Source of the DNA: an uncultured Acidobacteriota bacterium
Lineage (GTDB): Bacteria; Acidobacteriota; Vicinamibacteria; Fen-336
Direction of reading: 5' to 3'
Assembly: GCA_963760685.1 (NCBI GenBank)
Contig: CAVXEA010000003.1
Location: 181,378 to 245,377, forward strand
DNA length: 64,000 bases
In this document: piece after piece, positions 9,707-20,296 of the stretch
How the letters are laid out: each line of letters opens with the position of its first letter
Numbering within the stretch: the first letter of the stretch is position 1
Notes under the pieces: model-generated
The model's database searches: none
Told to the model about the DNA's origin: nothing
What the model saw: the letters and a program-made list of their open reading frames with translations, nothing else
Made by a program: the position numbers and the translations under genes

Positions 9707-10693
9707 ATGCCCCGGGTGATGATCGTCGACACGGACACCGCATCGGACGACGCAGTCGCGCTCGTCATGGCCTTGCGCGCCCGCGATGTGACCGTCCTGG
9801 CCATCACCGTGGTCGCCGGCAATGTCGGCCTGCCCCAAGCCAGCCGCAACGCGCGGTTCACGGTGGAGCTGTGTGGCGCCTCGGTGCCGGTGTTCGAAGG
9901 GGCCGCGCGTCCGCTTCTACGCGAACCACACACCGCGCAGTTCTTCCACGGCCAGGACGGCCTCGGCGACCAGGGCTACCCGCCGCCGCGCAGGCCGCCC
10001 GCGCCCGGTCACGCGGTAGGGACCCTCATCGACACGATCCACGCGAACCCCGGGCTTCTCCTCGTGACCCTCGGGCCGCTCACCAACATCGCCCTCGCGC
10101 TGCTCCAGGCCCCCGAGATCGCGGGCCTCGTCGGCCGCTGTGTCGTGATGGGGGGCGCGGCCTGCACGGTCGGCAACGTCACGCCCGCCGCCGAGTACAA
10201 CATCTGGTGCGATCCCGAAGCGGCGCGCATCTGCTTTCGCTCGGGCATGCCCATCGAGATGGTGGGGTGGGAGCTGTGTCGAGGCCCGGCCTGCCTGGAC
10301 GTCAGGGATGTAGCGACCGTGCGCGCGCTCGAGACACCTCTCGCGCGTTTCGCCATCGACTGCAACGCGAGCGCCATGGAGGCCAACCGCCGCCTCTTCG
10401 GAGAGGAGGGCATCGGTCTGCCCGATCCGGTGGCCATGGCCGTGGCCCTCGACCCCAAGGTCGCCACCCGCAGGAGCCGCCACGCCGTGGACGTGGAGTG
10501 CGAAGGCACGCTCACCCGAGGCATGACGGTGGTCGACGGTCTCGACGTGGTACGGCGCGGACTCGCGAGCCTGGCGGGATGGCCGGCCGAATCCGCGACC
10601 CGCGAGCCTCACGTCACCGTCTGCTGGGAGCTCGACGTGCCCCGGTTCAAAAGCATGCTGTTCGAAGCCCTGGGCCGGGCGCCGACTCGATGA
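9707..10693 (+). CDS. Inosine/uridine-preferring nucleoside hydrolase
   Basis: DTDTASDD (DxDxxxDD), HGQDGLGD, LGPLTNIA, GNVTPAAEYN. Confidence 0.93.
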   Translation: MPRVMIVDTDTASDDAVALVMALRARDVTVLAITVVAGNVGLPQASRNARFTVELCGASVPVFEGAARPLLREPHTAQFFHGQDGLGDQGYPPPRRPPAPGHAVGTLIDTIHANPGLLLVTLGPLTNIALALLQAPEIAGLVGRCVVMGGAACTVGNVTPAAEYNIWCDPEAARICFRSGMPIEMVGWELCRGPACLDVRDVATVRALETPLARFAIDCNASAMEANRRLFGEEGIGLPDPVAMAVALDPKVATRRSRHAVDVECEGTLTRGMTVVDGLDVVRRGLASLAGWPAESATREPHVTVCWELDVPRFKSMLFEALGRAPTR

Positions 10694-10703
10694 GGCGGCC
10701 GAG

Positions 10704-11390
10704 CTAGCGCAGGCCCGCGCGGTCCTTGGTGACGACGGCCAGGGACAGCCCGTCGTAGCCCTTCACCCCCACGGTCTGAAGGACCGTGCCGGCGACTCCG
10801 GGTTCGGAGGCCACGCACTCGAGGTAGCGGCGGACGCCCTGCACGTTCGCATCGGCGCTGCCGGCGTCGGCGACCGCCCCCTCGCGGACGACGTTGTCGG
10901 CGACGATGAGCGTGCCCGGCCGCGAGAGGCGAAGCGCCCACGGCCAGTAGCGCGGGTACCCGGGCTTGTCGGCGTCGATGAACACGAGGTCGAAGGGGCC
11001 CGCGCCCTCTTCGACCAGGCGGGGCAGCGTCTCGAGGGCCGGCCCCAGGCGCACCTCGACCTGGGCGCCAAACCCCGCCCGCGCGAGGTTCGCGCGAGCG
11101 ACGTCGGCGTGGGTGGGTTCGAGCTCGAGGGTCACCAGTCGGCCCTCGGGCGGCAGGGCCCGGGCGAGCCAGAGGGTGCTGTACGCGCCGAGGGTGCCGA
11201 TCTCGAGGATCCTCCGGGCCTGCATGGCCAGCGCAAGCACGTAGAGCAGCTTGCCTTGCGCCGGCGACACCGCGATGGCGGGCAGGCCCGCGGCCTCGGT
11301 CGCCTCGACGGCCGCATCGAGAGCCGGGTCTTCGGGGAGGAAGAGCGAGGAGACGTACTCGTCGACCGAGGTCCAGAGCGGGTCAGCCAT
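10704..11390 (-). CDS. Class I SAM-dependent O-methyltransferase (caffeoyl-CoA type)
   Basis: ILEIGTLGAYST, FDLVFIDADK, IVADNV. Confidence 0.92.
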   Translation of the reverse strand: MADPLWTSVDEYVSSLFLPEDPALDAAVEATEAAGLPAIAVSPAQGKLLYVLALAMQARRILEIGTLGAYSTLWLARALPPEGRLVTLELEPTHADVARANLARAGFGAQVEVRLGPALETLPRLVEEGAGPFDLVFIDADKPGYPRYWPWALRLSRPGTLIVADNVVREGAVADAGSADANVQGVRRYLECVASEPGVAGTVLQTVGVKGYDGLSLAVVTKDRAGLR

Positions 11391-11496
11391 AGTGGCCTCG
11401 GAGCCTACACCATCCGCCGGGGTCAGGACAGGCTGCACCGTGGCGCGACCATGGTAGGGTCTGCCCATGAACCGAGCCGGGGCGAAGTAGGGGTTA

Positions 11497-12105
11497 TTGG
11501 AAGCGAAGGGCGAGCCCCGGCGCCGACGTGCGGGCGAGTCGGTCGAGGATCTGTGTCGCGCCTGCAAGGCCGACCGCGATCACACCGTGATCGCGGTCGA
11601 CGGTCAGGGTGTGCCCTTGCGGGTCTCTTGTGACTTCTGTGGCAGCCAGCACAACTACCGGGGAGGAGCCGAACGGCCGCGCGGAGCGGGCACGCCTCCG
11701 GAACCCCTGGCCCTCGTGTCGGAACGAGAAAGGACATTCGAGCCCATGACCGGCGAGACCAGCCTGACCGATCTCGAAGCGATGCTTCGTCGGGTCATCC
11801 GTGAGGAAACGGGCCTCACGCCGGTGGCGCCCGCGGAGAAGTGGCGCGGCGGCCACCTCGTCCTGCGCCCGGGCAACCCGGCGCTTCAGGAGAAGGCCTG
11901 GCCGATCGAGACGTTCTTCCACAAGGTCGTGATGCTTCGGAATCGGCTGCGCACCCTGGAGCAGCAGGTCAACGCCTCGGCCCTGCCGGACGAGGAGAAG
12001 GTGCGGCTGCAGGGCTATGTCACCGCCTGCTACGGAAGCCTGACGAGCTTCAACGTCCTCTTCGCCGAGGAGCACGACCGCTTCCAGGGCGCTTCGACGG
12101 AGTAG
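11497..12105 (+). CDS. Hypothetical protein with N-terminal Zn-ribbon
   Basis: CRACKADRDH...CDFCGSQH; C-terminal helical region IETFFHKVVMLRNRLRTLEQQVN...ACYGSLTSFNVLF; TTG start. Confidence 0.75.
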   Translation: MEAKGEPRRRRAGESVEDLCRACKADRDHTVIAVDGQGVPLRVSCDFCGSQHNYRGGAERPRGAGTPPEPLALVSERERTFEPMTGETSLTDLEAMLRRVIREETGLTPVAPAEKWRGGHLVLRPGNPALQEKAWPIETFFHKVVMLRNRLRTLEQQVNASALPDEEKVRLQGYVTACYGSLTSFNVLFAEEHDRFQGASTE

Positions 12106-12111
12106 GCGTGC

Positions 12112-13149
12112 TCACTTCCCCGGCTGTTCGCGGGCGAGCTTGCTGATGCGACCGAAGGCGTTCCAATCGGCGACGTACAGGTCGCCCTTCGAGTCCCAGG
12201 CCGCACCGTGGGGTGCGATGAACTCGCCGTCCTTCCAGGCCGAGGGAGGCACGTTGTATTTCCCGCGCAGCTCGAGGTTCGGGTTGTCGCCGAGTTGCGC
12301 CAGCACTTCGTAACTCTCGTCGAACATCGTCACCCGCCCGTCGAGGTCGACGACGAGCAGGTCCTTGCCCCGCGTCACCACCTTCGAGGGAAGACGCAGA
12401 TCCTTCTCCACCTTGTCGACGTACCTGCCGTCGAGGGTGAAGCGCTGCAAGCGGTGATTGCGCCGGTCGGCCACCACCACGCGCGGCTCCGCACCCCGCA
12501 GGTCGAGGCCCACGCCGTGGGGCTCGCGGAACGGCCCCGCCCCCTCCGTCCCGTTCCAGGACTGCACGTATTCGCCCTTGGCGTTGAAGCGGTGCAGCCA
12601 GTTCCGGCCGTAGCCGTCCACCACGTAGACGTCGCCGTTCGGCGCCACGTCGAGCGCGGTCGGGACGTACTCCTTGGCCTCCTTGTACATCCCGTTCTGG
12701 TCGGGAAAGGGAATGGTCATCAGGATCTCCCCGTCGAGCGAGATCTTCAGGACCTCGTGTCGGTTCAAGTGCGCGATCCAGATCACCTCCCGACCGTCGG
12801 GCTCCTTGACCAGCCGCATGCCGTGCACCCCGCCGCCCAGGGCCTGGCCGAAGACCCTGGCGATGCGGCCCTCGGTGTCGACCTCGAAGATTGCGTTTCC
12901 GGTGTCGACGCTGAAGTAGATCCGGTCCTGCGAGTCGACCACGACGTCCCCGTGCGTCTGGCCGACGTTCATCCCCGGCGGCAGCTTCAGCCAGCCCGGG
13001 ACCCACTCGTAGGTGTGGCGGCCCTCGCCCATCCTGACGCCTCCCTTGGCAGGGGTCGCCGGGACGACCGGTCCCGCCAGCGTTCCCCCGGCCTGCGCCG
13101 CGAAGAGGCCCGCGAAGATGCCAAGCACCAGGTTTCTCTTTTCGCTCAT
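12112..13149 (-). CDS. Secreted NHL-repeat beta-propeller (PAM/PAL-like)
   Basis: Signal peptide; repeats PTALDVAPNGDVYVVDGY, PHGVGLD...VVADRRNHRLQRF and PHGAAWDSKGDLYVADW. Confidence 0.85.
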   Translation of the reverse strand: MSEKRNLVLGIFAGLFAAQAGGTLAGPVVPATPAKGGVRMGEGRHTYEWVPGWLKLPPGMNVGQTHGDVVVDSQDRIYFSVDTGNAIFEVDTEGRIARVFGQALGGGVHGMRLVKEPDGREVIWIAHLNRHEVLKISLDGEILMTIPFPDQNGMYKEAKEYVPTALDVAPNGDVYVVDGYGRNWLHRFNAKGEYVQSWNGTEGAGPFREPHGVGLDLRGAEPRVVVADRRNHRLQRFTLDGRYVDKVEKDLRLPSKVVTRGKDLLVVDLDGRVTMFDESYEVLAQLGDNPNLELRGKYNVPPSAWKDGEFIAPHGAAWDSKGDLYVADWNAFGRISKLAREQPGK

Positions 13150-13245
13150 GGCCGTGGCACCTCCGTGGCGGCGCCCCTTTCTACCGCATATCGACCGCCG
13201 AAGGTGAACTGGGTACTCTCCCAAGACCAGCGACGGAGGCGGGCC

Positions 13246-14726
13246 ATGGCTTTCGAGAACGGCGTGATGATGCAGTATTTCCACTGGTACACGCCGGGCG
13301 ACGGCTCGCACTGGGACGAGGTGGCCCACCGCGCGAGCGAGCTCGCCGAGGCCGGGATCACCGCGCGTCTGGCTTCCGCCGGCCTACAAGGGAACCGGAG
13401 GCGGCTACGACGTGGGCTACGGCGTCTACGACATGTACGACCTGGGCGAGTTCGACCAGAAGGGCTCGGTCCGCACGAAGTACGGGACGAAGGAGCAGTA
13501 CCTGAACGCCGTGCGTGCCGTGCAGCGCGCCGGCCTCCAGATATACGCAGACGTGGTGCTGAACCATCGCATGGGCGGCGATACGGCGGAGAGCGCGCGG
13601 GCGACCCCCTACCCGCAGGACGACCGCTTGCGCCCCAAGGGCCCACCCGAAGACATCCAGTCCTATACGCATTTCCGGTTTTCCGGGCGGAACCGCCAGC
13701 ACTCGAGCTTCGAATGGCACTGGCGCCACTTCGACGCCGTCGACTACAACGCGCTTCGCCCCGACGAGAGGAACACCGTCTACCTCTTCGAGGGCAAGGC
13801 CTTCGACGACCAGGTGGCCCTGGAGAACGGCAACTTCTCGTTCCTCATGGGCTCAGACCTCGACTTCCAGAGCCAGGAGGTGCGCGACGAGGTCACGGTC
13901 TGGGGCAAGTGGTACCTCGACACGACCGGGGTGGACGGGTTCCGCCTCGATGCGGTCAAGCACATCGCGGCCTGGTTCTTCCCGGAGTGGCTCGATGCCA
14001 TGGAGAAACACGCGGGGAGGGACTTGTTCGTGGTGGGCGAGTACTGGACCCCGGACGTGGGAGCCCTGGACTGGTACCTCGACCGCCTGGGCGGCCGGCT
14101 CTGCGTCTTCGACGTGCCTCTCCACTACGCCTTCCGCGACGCGGGCCAGGGAGGCAAGCAGCTACGACATGCGCAGGATCCTCGAAGGGACCCTGGCCAA
14201 GGTCCGGCCCACGCAGGTCGTGACCTTCGTCGACAACCACGACTCGCAGCCGCTCCAGGCCCTGGAGTCCCCGGTCGCTCCCTGGTTCAAGCCGCTGGCC
14301 TACGCCATCACGCTGCTGCGGCGTGAGGGGTACCCGTGCCTCTTCCACCCCGACTACTACGGGGCCGAGTACGAGGACTACGGGCGGGACGGCCAGCGCC
14401 ACCGGGTGACCCTGCCCTCGCACCGTTTCCTCATCGACATCTTCCTGCGCGCGCGCCGGACCTACGGGCACGGGCCTCAGTACGACTACTTCGACCACTG
14501 GAACCGCGTGGGCTGGACCCGCCTGGGGGACGCGGAGCACCCGAAGGCCATGGCCGTGCTCCTGAGCGACGGGCCCGAGGGGACGAAGTGGATGGAGGTG
14601 GGGAAGCCGAACGCCCGATTCGTCGACCTCACCGGGCACGTGAGGGAAGCCGTCTTCACGAACGAGCACGGTTGGGGGGAGTTCCGCTGCCAGGGCGGCT
14701 CCGTTTCGGTCTGGGTTCAGGAGTAG
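13246..14726 (+). CDS. GH13 alpha-amylase (liquefying type); frameshifts near 13370 and 14155
   Basis: NGVMMQYFHWY, GYGVYDMYDLGEF, DVVLNH, GFRLDAVKH, EYW and TFVDNHD spread over three frames. Confidence 0.9.
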
Positions 14727-14772
14727 GCAGGCTGCTACCATAGCCGCGGCGGTTTGGCGCGGAGGCGCGCGG

Positions 14773-17700
14773 TTGCTCATCTCCTGCTCGGGTTGTGGCA
14801 AACGGGTCTCCGACCGGGCGCCGAAGTGCCCCTTCTGCGGAGTCGTCCAAGCCGGCCCACCCGCCGAGTCCGCCGCGCCCGCGGTCGCCCCCGCTCCCTT
14901 GGCCCCCGCCCCGCCGCCGGCCGTCGCTCTCGCGCCGCCCGCGCTGCCCGGCCTCTACCGTCGCGGTGATGCGATCGGCGACGCCTACCGCGTCCTCGAA
15001 GTCCTCGGGGAGGGCGGCTTCGGCATCGTCTACCTCGTCTCGGCGCGGCGGAGTGGAGCCCTTCATGCCCTGAAGACCATTCGCGACGAGTGGTTGCGCG
15101 ACGACGCCACGCGCGCGCTCTTCCGCAAGGAGGCCGAACTCTGGATTGCCCTCGGCCGCCATCCCTACCTGGTCCGCGCCGACTACGTGGAGGAAGAACA
15201 CGGGCGCCTCCTCCTGGTGATGGAGTACGTCGCTCCCGACGCGCGGGGCATCTCGGGCCTGCAAGGACGCCTCGAGCGCGACCCGCCCGACCTCGACCAA
15301 TCGCTGCGCTGGGCCATCCAGTTCTGCCACGGCATGGAGTACGCGTACTCGCGCGGCATCCGCTGTCACCGGGACATCAAGCCCGCGAACATCCTCCTCG
15401 GCGCCGACGGCGCAGTGCGCATCACCGACTTCGGCATTGCGGGGGTGGTGGCGCCGGGGGCCGAGGCGTCAAAGGCGGCGCAGGTCGAGGGAATGGGCGG
15501 GACGGTGGCGGGGACGCGTGTTCGGGACCCCGACCCACATGTCCCCCGAGCAGTTCGCAGGACGCGGCGAGCTGCGACGAGCGCAGCGACGTCTACAGCT
15601 TCGGCATCGTGCTGTACCAGATGGCGTCGCGCGGCGTCCTTGCCCTTTCTGCCCCACATCGCTCCCGGACCCGACGCGGCGCGGCGCTTCTTCCTCGCGA
15701 TGCGCCGGCTGCACGAAGCAGAGCCCCCTGCCCCTCTCGACTCACCGATCATGCCCATGATCGCGCGATGCCTGCAGAAAGGTCGAGCGGCACGTTACCC
15801 GGGCTTCGCGGCCCTGCGCGCCGACCTCGAGCGCCTCTTGCGCGAGCGCACGGGCGAGACGGTCAGCGTTCCCGAAGAGGCGAGGAGCGCCGCCACCGAG
15901 CTCTGCCAGAAGGGCATCAGCCTGGCGAGCCTGGGCCGTCACGAGGCCGCCCTTGCCTGCTACGACGAGGCGCTGCGCCAGGGCCCCGGCCGGGACGACG
16001 AAGGCGCCCTTCACAACAACCGGGGCAACGCTCTCTCCCACCTCGGCCGCCACGCGGAAGCGCTCGAGGCCTTCGCCCGGGCCCTGGAGCTGCGGCCCCG
16101 CTACGACAGCGCCTTCGCCAACCGCGGTCTCGCCCTCGCCCGCGCCGGCCGGTTCGCCGAGGCGCTCCTCGACTGCGACCTTGCGCTCGGCCAGAACGCC
16201 CGCAGCTCCGAGACCTGGCAGGCACGCGCGGTCGCGCTCGCAGGCTTGGGGCGGCGCGACGAGGCGATCGCCTCCTATGACCAGGCGCTGGCCATCGACG
16301 ACCGCGATCCGCTCGCCTGGGGCAACAAGGCAGGCCAGCTGCTGGAGCTCGGCCGCTACGCCGAGGCCCTCCCCTGCTACGACCGCGCTCTCGCCCTCGA
16401 TCCCCATGCGCACCGCCGCTGGGTCGGCAAAGCCACGACCCTCGCACAGATGGGACGCCATGACGAGGCGCTCCTCTGCTACGACGAGGCCCTGCGACTC
16501 GACCCCGGGGACCCACACGCCCACTACAACAAGGGCAACTCGCTCGTGCAGCTCCAGCGCTACGAGGAGGCCCTGATCTGTTTCAGGCAGGCCAACCTCC
16601 TGGCCCCGAAGGCCGCGAGCCCCTGGTACAACCGGGCGGTGGCGGAGCTGGTGCTCGCGCGGCCGAAGGAGGCGGGCGCGTCTTTGCGGCGCTACCTCTC
16701 GCTGGACCCGCCCCGGGACAGCCTGTTCGCCGAAGCCCAGTGGCTCTTGAACGGCATCGACACCGGCCAGCTCACGCATCTCCAGTCGGGCGGTGGCCCG
16801 CCGAAGCAGGGCGAGCTTCGCGCAGCCGCGGAGCTCGGAGGCCCCAGCCCCCCTGCGGCCACGGCAAATCCCGCCGTGGCCAGTCCGGTCTCGCTGCCCC
16901 AGGCGCCGCCTCCCGCGCCGCCCCGGGTCCGTCCGCCCCTGGGTCCGACCGTGTCCGACCTGAACAACGAGGGCAACGCCCAGTTCCAGGGGGGACGCTT
17001 CGCCGAAGCCCTGGCTTGCTTCGAGCGCGCGCTCGCGCTCGACCCCTTCGACGCCACGGCCTTGGGCAACCGAGCCAACGCCCTGTTCAAGCTCGGGAGG
17101 GTCGAAGAGGCGATCGCGTGCCACGAGAGCGCCCTCGCCTGCGACCCCTTCTTCATCGCGAGCTGGTCCAACAAGGGGGCCATCGAGCTGCTGAGCGGCC
17201 AGAAGTCACGGGCCCTCGCCTCGTTCCGTGAGGTGGTGGCCCTCGCCGGCAAGGGGTACGAGGCCAACCAGGCGGACGCGGAGGCGCAGGTCCGCAAGCT
17301 CGAGCAGGCCGGAGTGACGGCGCCGCCACGGGGCGGCCTGGGCTGGCTGGGGACAGGGGCGCGGCAGGGCGCGCGCGGCCGCTTCCCGGACGCCATCGAG
17401 GCCTTCGATCGCGCCCTCGCTCTTGCCCCCGATCTCACGGAAGCCTGGCTCATGAAGGCCGAAGCTTTGCGCCAGCTTCGGCGCCCCGACCAGGCGATGG
17501 CCCTCCTCGACGAGGCCCTGCGCCGTCGGCCCGACGACCCTCGGATCTGGCACGCGCGAGGTGCGGAGCTGGCCAAAGCGAAGCGGTACGAGGACGCGGT
17601 CGCCTGCTTCGACCGCGCGCTCGCGGGGGAGCCGCGGCATCCCGCCTCGTGGAGCGACCGTGGCAAGGCCCTCGGGGTCTTGAAGCGCTTCGAGGAGAGC

Positions 17701-19539
17701 ATCGAATCGCTCGAAAGGGCCATCGCCCTGCGCCCCGAGGTCTCGGCCCCCTGGCTCAACAAGGCCCTCGCCGAGGAACAGGCGAACCGTCCCGCCGACG
17801 CGGTGCACTCCTTCCGGATGTTTCTCGGGCGGGCCACGCCCGAGCAGAGGCTCCAGGCCGAGATGGCGAGGGATCGACTGGCCCTCCTCGAGCCGCTCCT
17901 CGGGGAGAGCGTGCGCACGACGCCGCCGCCCGTCGACGAGGCGATGGCTGCCTACGACCGCGCTCTCGCCTTGGATCCCCACAACGTGGCCGCGCTCACC
18001 AACAAGGCCTCGCTTCTTCGGCAGGGAGGCGGCAGGGAGGGGGAAGAGCCGGCCCTCGACCTTCTGATGCGTGCGGCGGCCATCGAACCCGAAAACCCCG
18101 AGGTGTGGATCAACCTCGCCACCAGCTACGCGGCGGTCGGAGTCCACAAGCTGGCCGTCGAGGCCTGCGACAAGGCCCTCGCCCTCCATCCGCACGACGG
18201 GGAGGTACTGGAGATGAAGGCCGACTCGCTCGCCCGTCTGAACCAGCCCCAAGGCTCGCTGGACGCGGCCGAGCAGGCCCTGGCCCTCGAACCCCTCCGC
18301 GCCCACGCCTGGTACCTGAAGGCCAACGCCCTGGCCCGACTCTCCCGCAAGGAAGACGGTCTCGCCGCCTACGACCGCTGCCTGGCGCTCGATCCCGGGA
18401 AGGCGAACGCGTACTTCAACAAGGCCTACGAGCTCTTCGAGCTCCAGCGCTACCCTGACATTCCGAAGCTCTGCGAGCAAGCCCTGGAGCTCCACCCGCG
18501 ATTCTCCTGGGCCGCGGAGCTCCGCGCGCGTGCCCTCGAAGCGATGGGTCGTTCCGACGAGGCCTTGGCCGCGTACGATCAGGCCCTCGCCATCGACGCG
18601 ACCGATTCAGGGGTCTTCAACCACAAGGCCCTGCTGCTCCAGAAGCTGAAGCGCTACGACGAGGCCGTGGCTACATTCGATCGTGCGGTCGCTCTCGAGC
18701 CCAAGGCCCTTGCCCTCCTCAGGAGCAAGGCCGAGTGCCTCGAAGAAGCGGGACGGCCGGCCGAGGCGGCTACGGCGTGGCAGCGCTTCTTGACGTTCGC
18801 GCCAGGGAACGACCCCAAGGTCGCGCAGGTGCGTGCCAAGCTGTCTTCCCTTGCCCGACATCGTCCGTCGAACCCCGCGGCGTCGGGCGGACACGTCGCC
18901 GGCCAGGTCCCGCTGCCCCTGCGGAGCGGGGGGGCGCCGCCGGTGCCGCCCTCGGCAGCGAACCCCGCCGAGGCCCTCAAGAAGGGCCTCTTCTGCCAGA
19001 ACCAAGGCCAGAACGAGCGTGGGCTCGAGTGGCTCGACCTCTGCCTCGCGGGCGATCCCACGAATGTTGCGGCACTCGCGGCCAAGGGCGAGTCGCTTCG
19101 TCTCCTCGGCCGTCATGGGGAAGCCCTGCCCTGCTTCGAGCAGGCCCTCGACCAGAACCCCTCGCACGCCCCGACCTGGCTCAAGAAGGGCGTCTGTCTC
19201 GAGTCGCTCGCCCGGCACGAGGAATCGCTTTCGGCCTTCGACCGGGTGGTCGCGCTCGATCCGCGCAATCCCCTCGGCTGGAACAGCCGCGGCCTGGCCC
19301 TCGGCAAGCTCGGGCGTGGCGACGAGGCCGTGGCCGCCTTCGAGCAAGCGCTCACCGTCGACCCGCGCTCGCCGCTGCCCCGCTTCAACCTGGCCGAGCT
19401 GCTCGAGCGCCTGGGCCGGCCCGAGGACGCCGCGAAGTCCTATCAGCAGTTTCTCGGCCTCGCGAGCCCCGCGGTGCTCGGCGCCGAGGTGCAACGCGCG
19501 CGCCAGCGCCTCAGCGCGCTGCGCGGGGCGAAGCCCTGA
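14773..19539 (+). CDS. Zn-ribbon - Ser/Thr kinase - multi-TPR protein; compensating frameshifts about 15520-15640
   Basis: CSGC...CPFC; GEGGFGIVY, HRDIKPAN, DFG; GTPTHMSPEQ in the alternate frame (ORF 15437..15760); many TPR-like repeats; GGAGG before the TTG. Confidence 0.88.
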   Translation: MLISCSGCGKRVSDRAPKCPFCGVVQAGPPAESAAPAVAPAPLAPAPPPAVALAPPALPGLYRRGDAIGDAYRVLEVLGEGGFGIVYLVSARRSGALHALKTIRDEWLRDDATRALFRKEAELWIALGRHPYLVRADYVEEEHGRLLLVMEYVAPDARGISGLQGRLERDPPDLDQSLRWAIQFCHGMEYAYSRGIRCHRDIKPANILLGADGAVRITDFGIAGVVAPGAEASKAAQVEGMGGTVAGTRVRDPDPHVPRAVRRTRRAATSAATSTASASCCTRWRRAASLPFLPHIAPGPDAARRFFLAMRRLHEAEPPAPLDSPIMPMIARCLQKGRAARYPGFAALRADLERLLRERTGETVSVPEEARSAATELCQKGISLASLGRHEAALACYDEALRQGPGRDDEGALHNNRGNALSHLGRHAEALEAFARALELRPRYDSAFANRGLALARAGRFAEALLDCDLALGQNARSSETWQARAVALAGLGRRDEAIASYDQALAIDDRDPLAWGNKAGQLLELGRYAEALPCYDRALALDPHAHRRWVGKATTLAQMGRHDEALLCYDEALRLDPGDPHAHYNKGNSLVQLQRYEEALICFRQANLLAPKAASPWYNRAVAELVLARPKEAGASLRRYLSLDPPRDSLFAEAQWLLNGIDTGQLTHLQSGGGPPKQGELRAAAELGGPSPPAATANPAVASPVSLPQAPPPAPPRVRPPLGPTVSDLNNEGNAQFQGGRFAEALACFERALALDPFDATALGNRANALFKLGRVEEAIACHESALACDPFFIASWSNKGAIELLSGQKSRALASFREVVALAGKGYEANQADAEAQVRKLEQAGVTAPPRGGLGWLGTGARQGARGRFPDAIEAFDRALALAPDLTEAWLMKAEALRQLRRPDQAMALLDEALRRRPDDPRIWHARGAELAKAKRYEDAVACFDRALAGEPRHPASWSDRGKALGVLKRFEESIESLERAIALRPEVSAPWLNKALAEEQANRPADAVHSFRMFLGRATPEQRLQAEMARDRLALLEPLLGESVRTTPPPVDEAMAAYDRALALDPHNVAALTNKASLLRQGGGREGEEPALDLLMRAAAIEPENPEVWINLATSYAAVGVHKLAVEACDKALALHPHDGEVLEMKADSLARLNQPQGSLDAAEQALALEPLRAHAWYLKANALARLSRKEDGLAAYDRCLALDPGKANAYFNKAYELFELQRYPDIPKLCEQALELHPRFSWAAELRARALEAMGRSDEALAAYDQALAIDATDSGVFNHKALLLQKLKRYDEAVATFDRAVALEPKALALLRSKAECLEEAGRPAEAATAWQRFLTFAPGNDPKVAQVRAKLSSLARHRPSNPAASGGHVAGQVPLPLRSGGAPPVPPSAANPAEALKKGLFCQNQGQNERGLEWLDLCLAGDPTNVAALAAKGESLRLLGRHGEALPCFEQALDQNPSHAPTWLKKGVCLESLARHEESLSAFDRVVALDPRNPLGWNSRGLALGKLGRGDEAVAAFEQALTVDPRSPLPRFNLAELLERLGRPEDAAKSYQQFLGLASPAVLGAEVQRARQRLSALRGAKP

Positions 19540-19682
19540 CCGGCTCGGGCCGTCGCCGCACCGCGGCCTAACCGGGTATCATCCCCGGGGGCACGGGCCT
19601 CGCGCTGGTCGTCCCGGGCTGAGTCGCGGGCGCCACGAGGCGAGGCAGAGTCGTCCACGAGAGTGACCACGAGGAGGACGAG

Positions 19683-20255
19683 ATGGCGAATTTCCGACCG
19701 TGCCGTTCCTGGGGCTTGGCCGCCCTGCTGGCGTTTCTCATGGGCGGGGAGTCATCGCGCGTGGCCGCCCAGACGCCTGCCGCTGCTCCCTCTCCCAAGA
19801 AGAGCGTCTCCGGAAAGCTGGAGCGCCTCGACAAGCAGCTGAACGGGCTCATCATGCGCGCGGACGACAACCGGCGGCTCGCCTGGCAGTTCGACCGCAG
19901 CGTGATCGCCGAAGTGGACAAGTTCGCCAAGCCCGGCGACGCCATCATCGTCATCTATCGCCAGATCTCGCCAAACGAGAAGCGGGTCACGGCCATCGCC
20001 TTCCCGGGCACCGCAAAGACCCCGATCTACGTGAACCTGACGGGGGAGCGCGTGGTGCTGCGGAGCGTTCCGATGGTGGATGGTGCCTGCACCAACACGA
20101 ACCCGGACGCCGTGCAGGAGACCATGATCCCTGCGCAGGGGAGGGCGGAGATCGCCGAAGCCTGCTGGTGCTGCGCTTCCGCCGACGAGAAGGCCTGCAT
20201 GCCGGGGAACAAGACGGGGCTCGGCCAAGCCCTGCTCGTCAAGTGCTTCGAGTGA
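19683..20255 (+). CDS. Hypothetical exported protein with Cys-rich C-terminus
   Basis: GAGGA RBS; signal peptide; C-terminal GAC...ACWCC...KAC...KCFE. Confidence 0.7.
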   Translation: MANFRPCRSWGLAALLAFLMGGESSRVAAQTPAAAPSPKKSVSGKLERLDKQLNGLIMRADDNRRLAWQFDRSVIAEVDKFAKPGDAIIVIYRQISPNEKRVTAIAFPGTAKTPIYVNLTGERVVLRSVPMVDGACTNTNPDAVQETMIPAQGRAEIAEACWCCASADEKACMPGNKTGLGQALLVKCFE

Positions 20256-20296
20256 AGGCTGGGTTCAGGAACCCCCCGGAGGGTCGTGGGAGCTCC

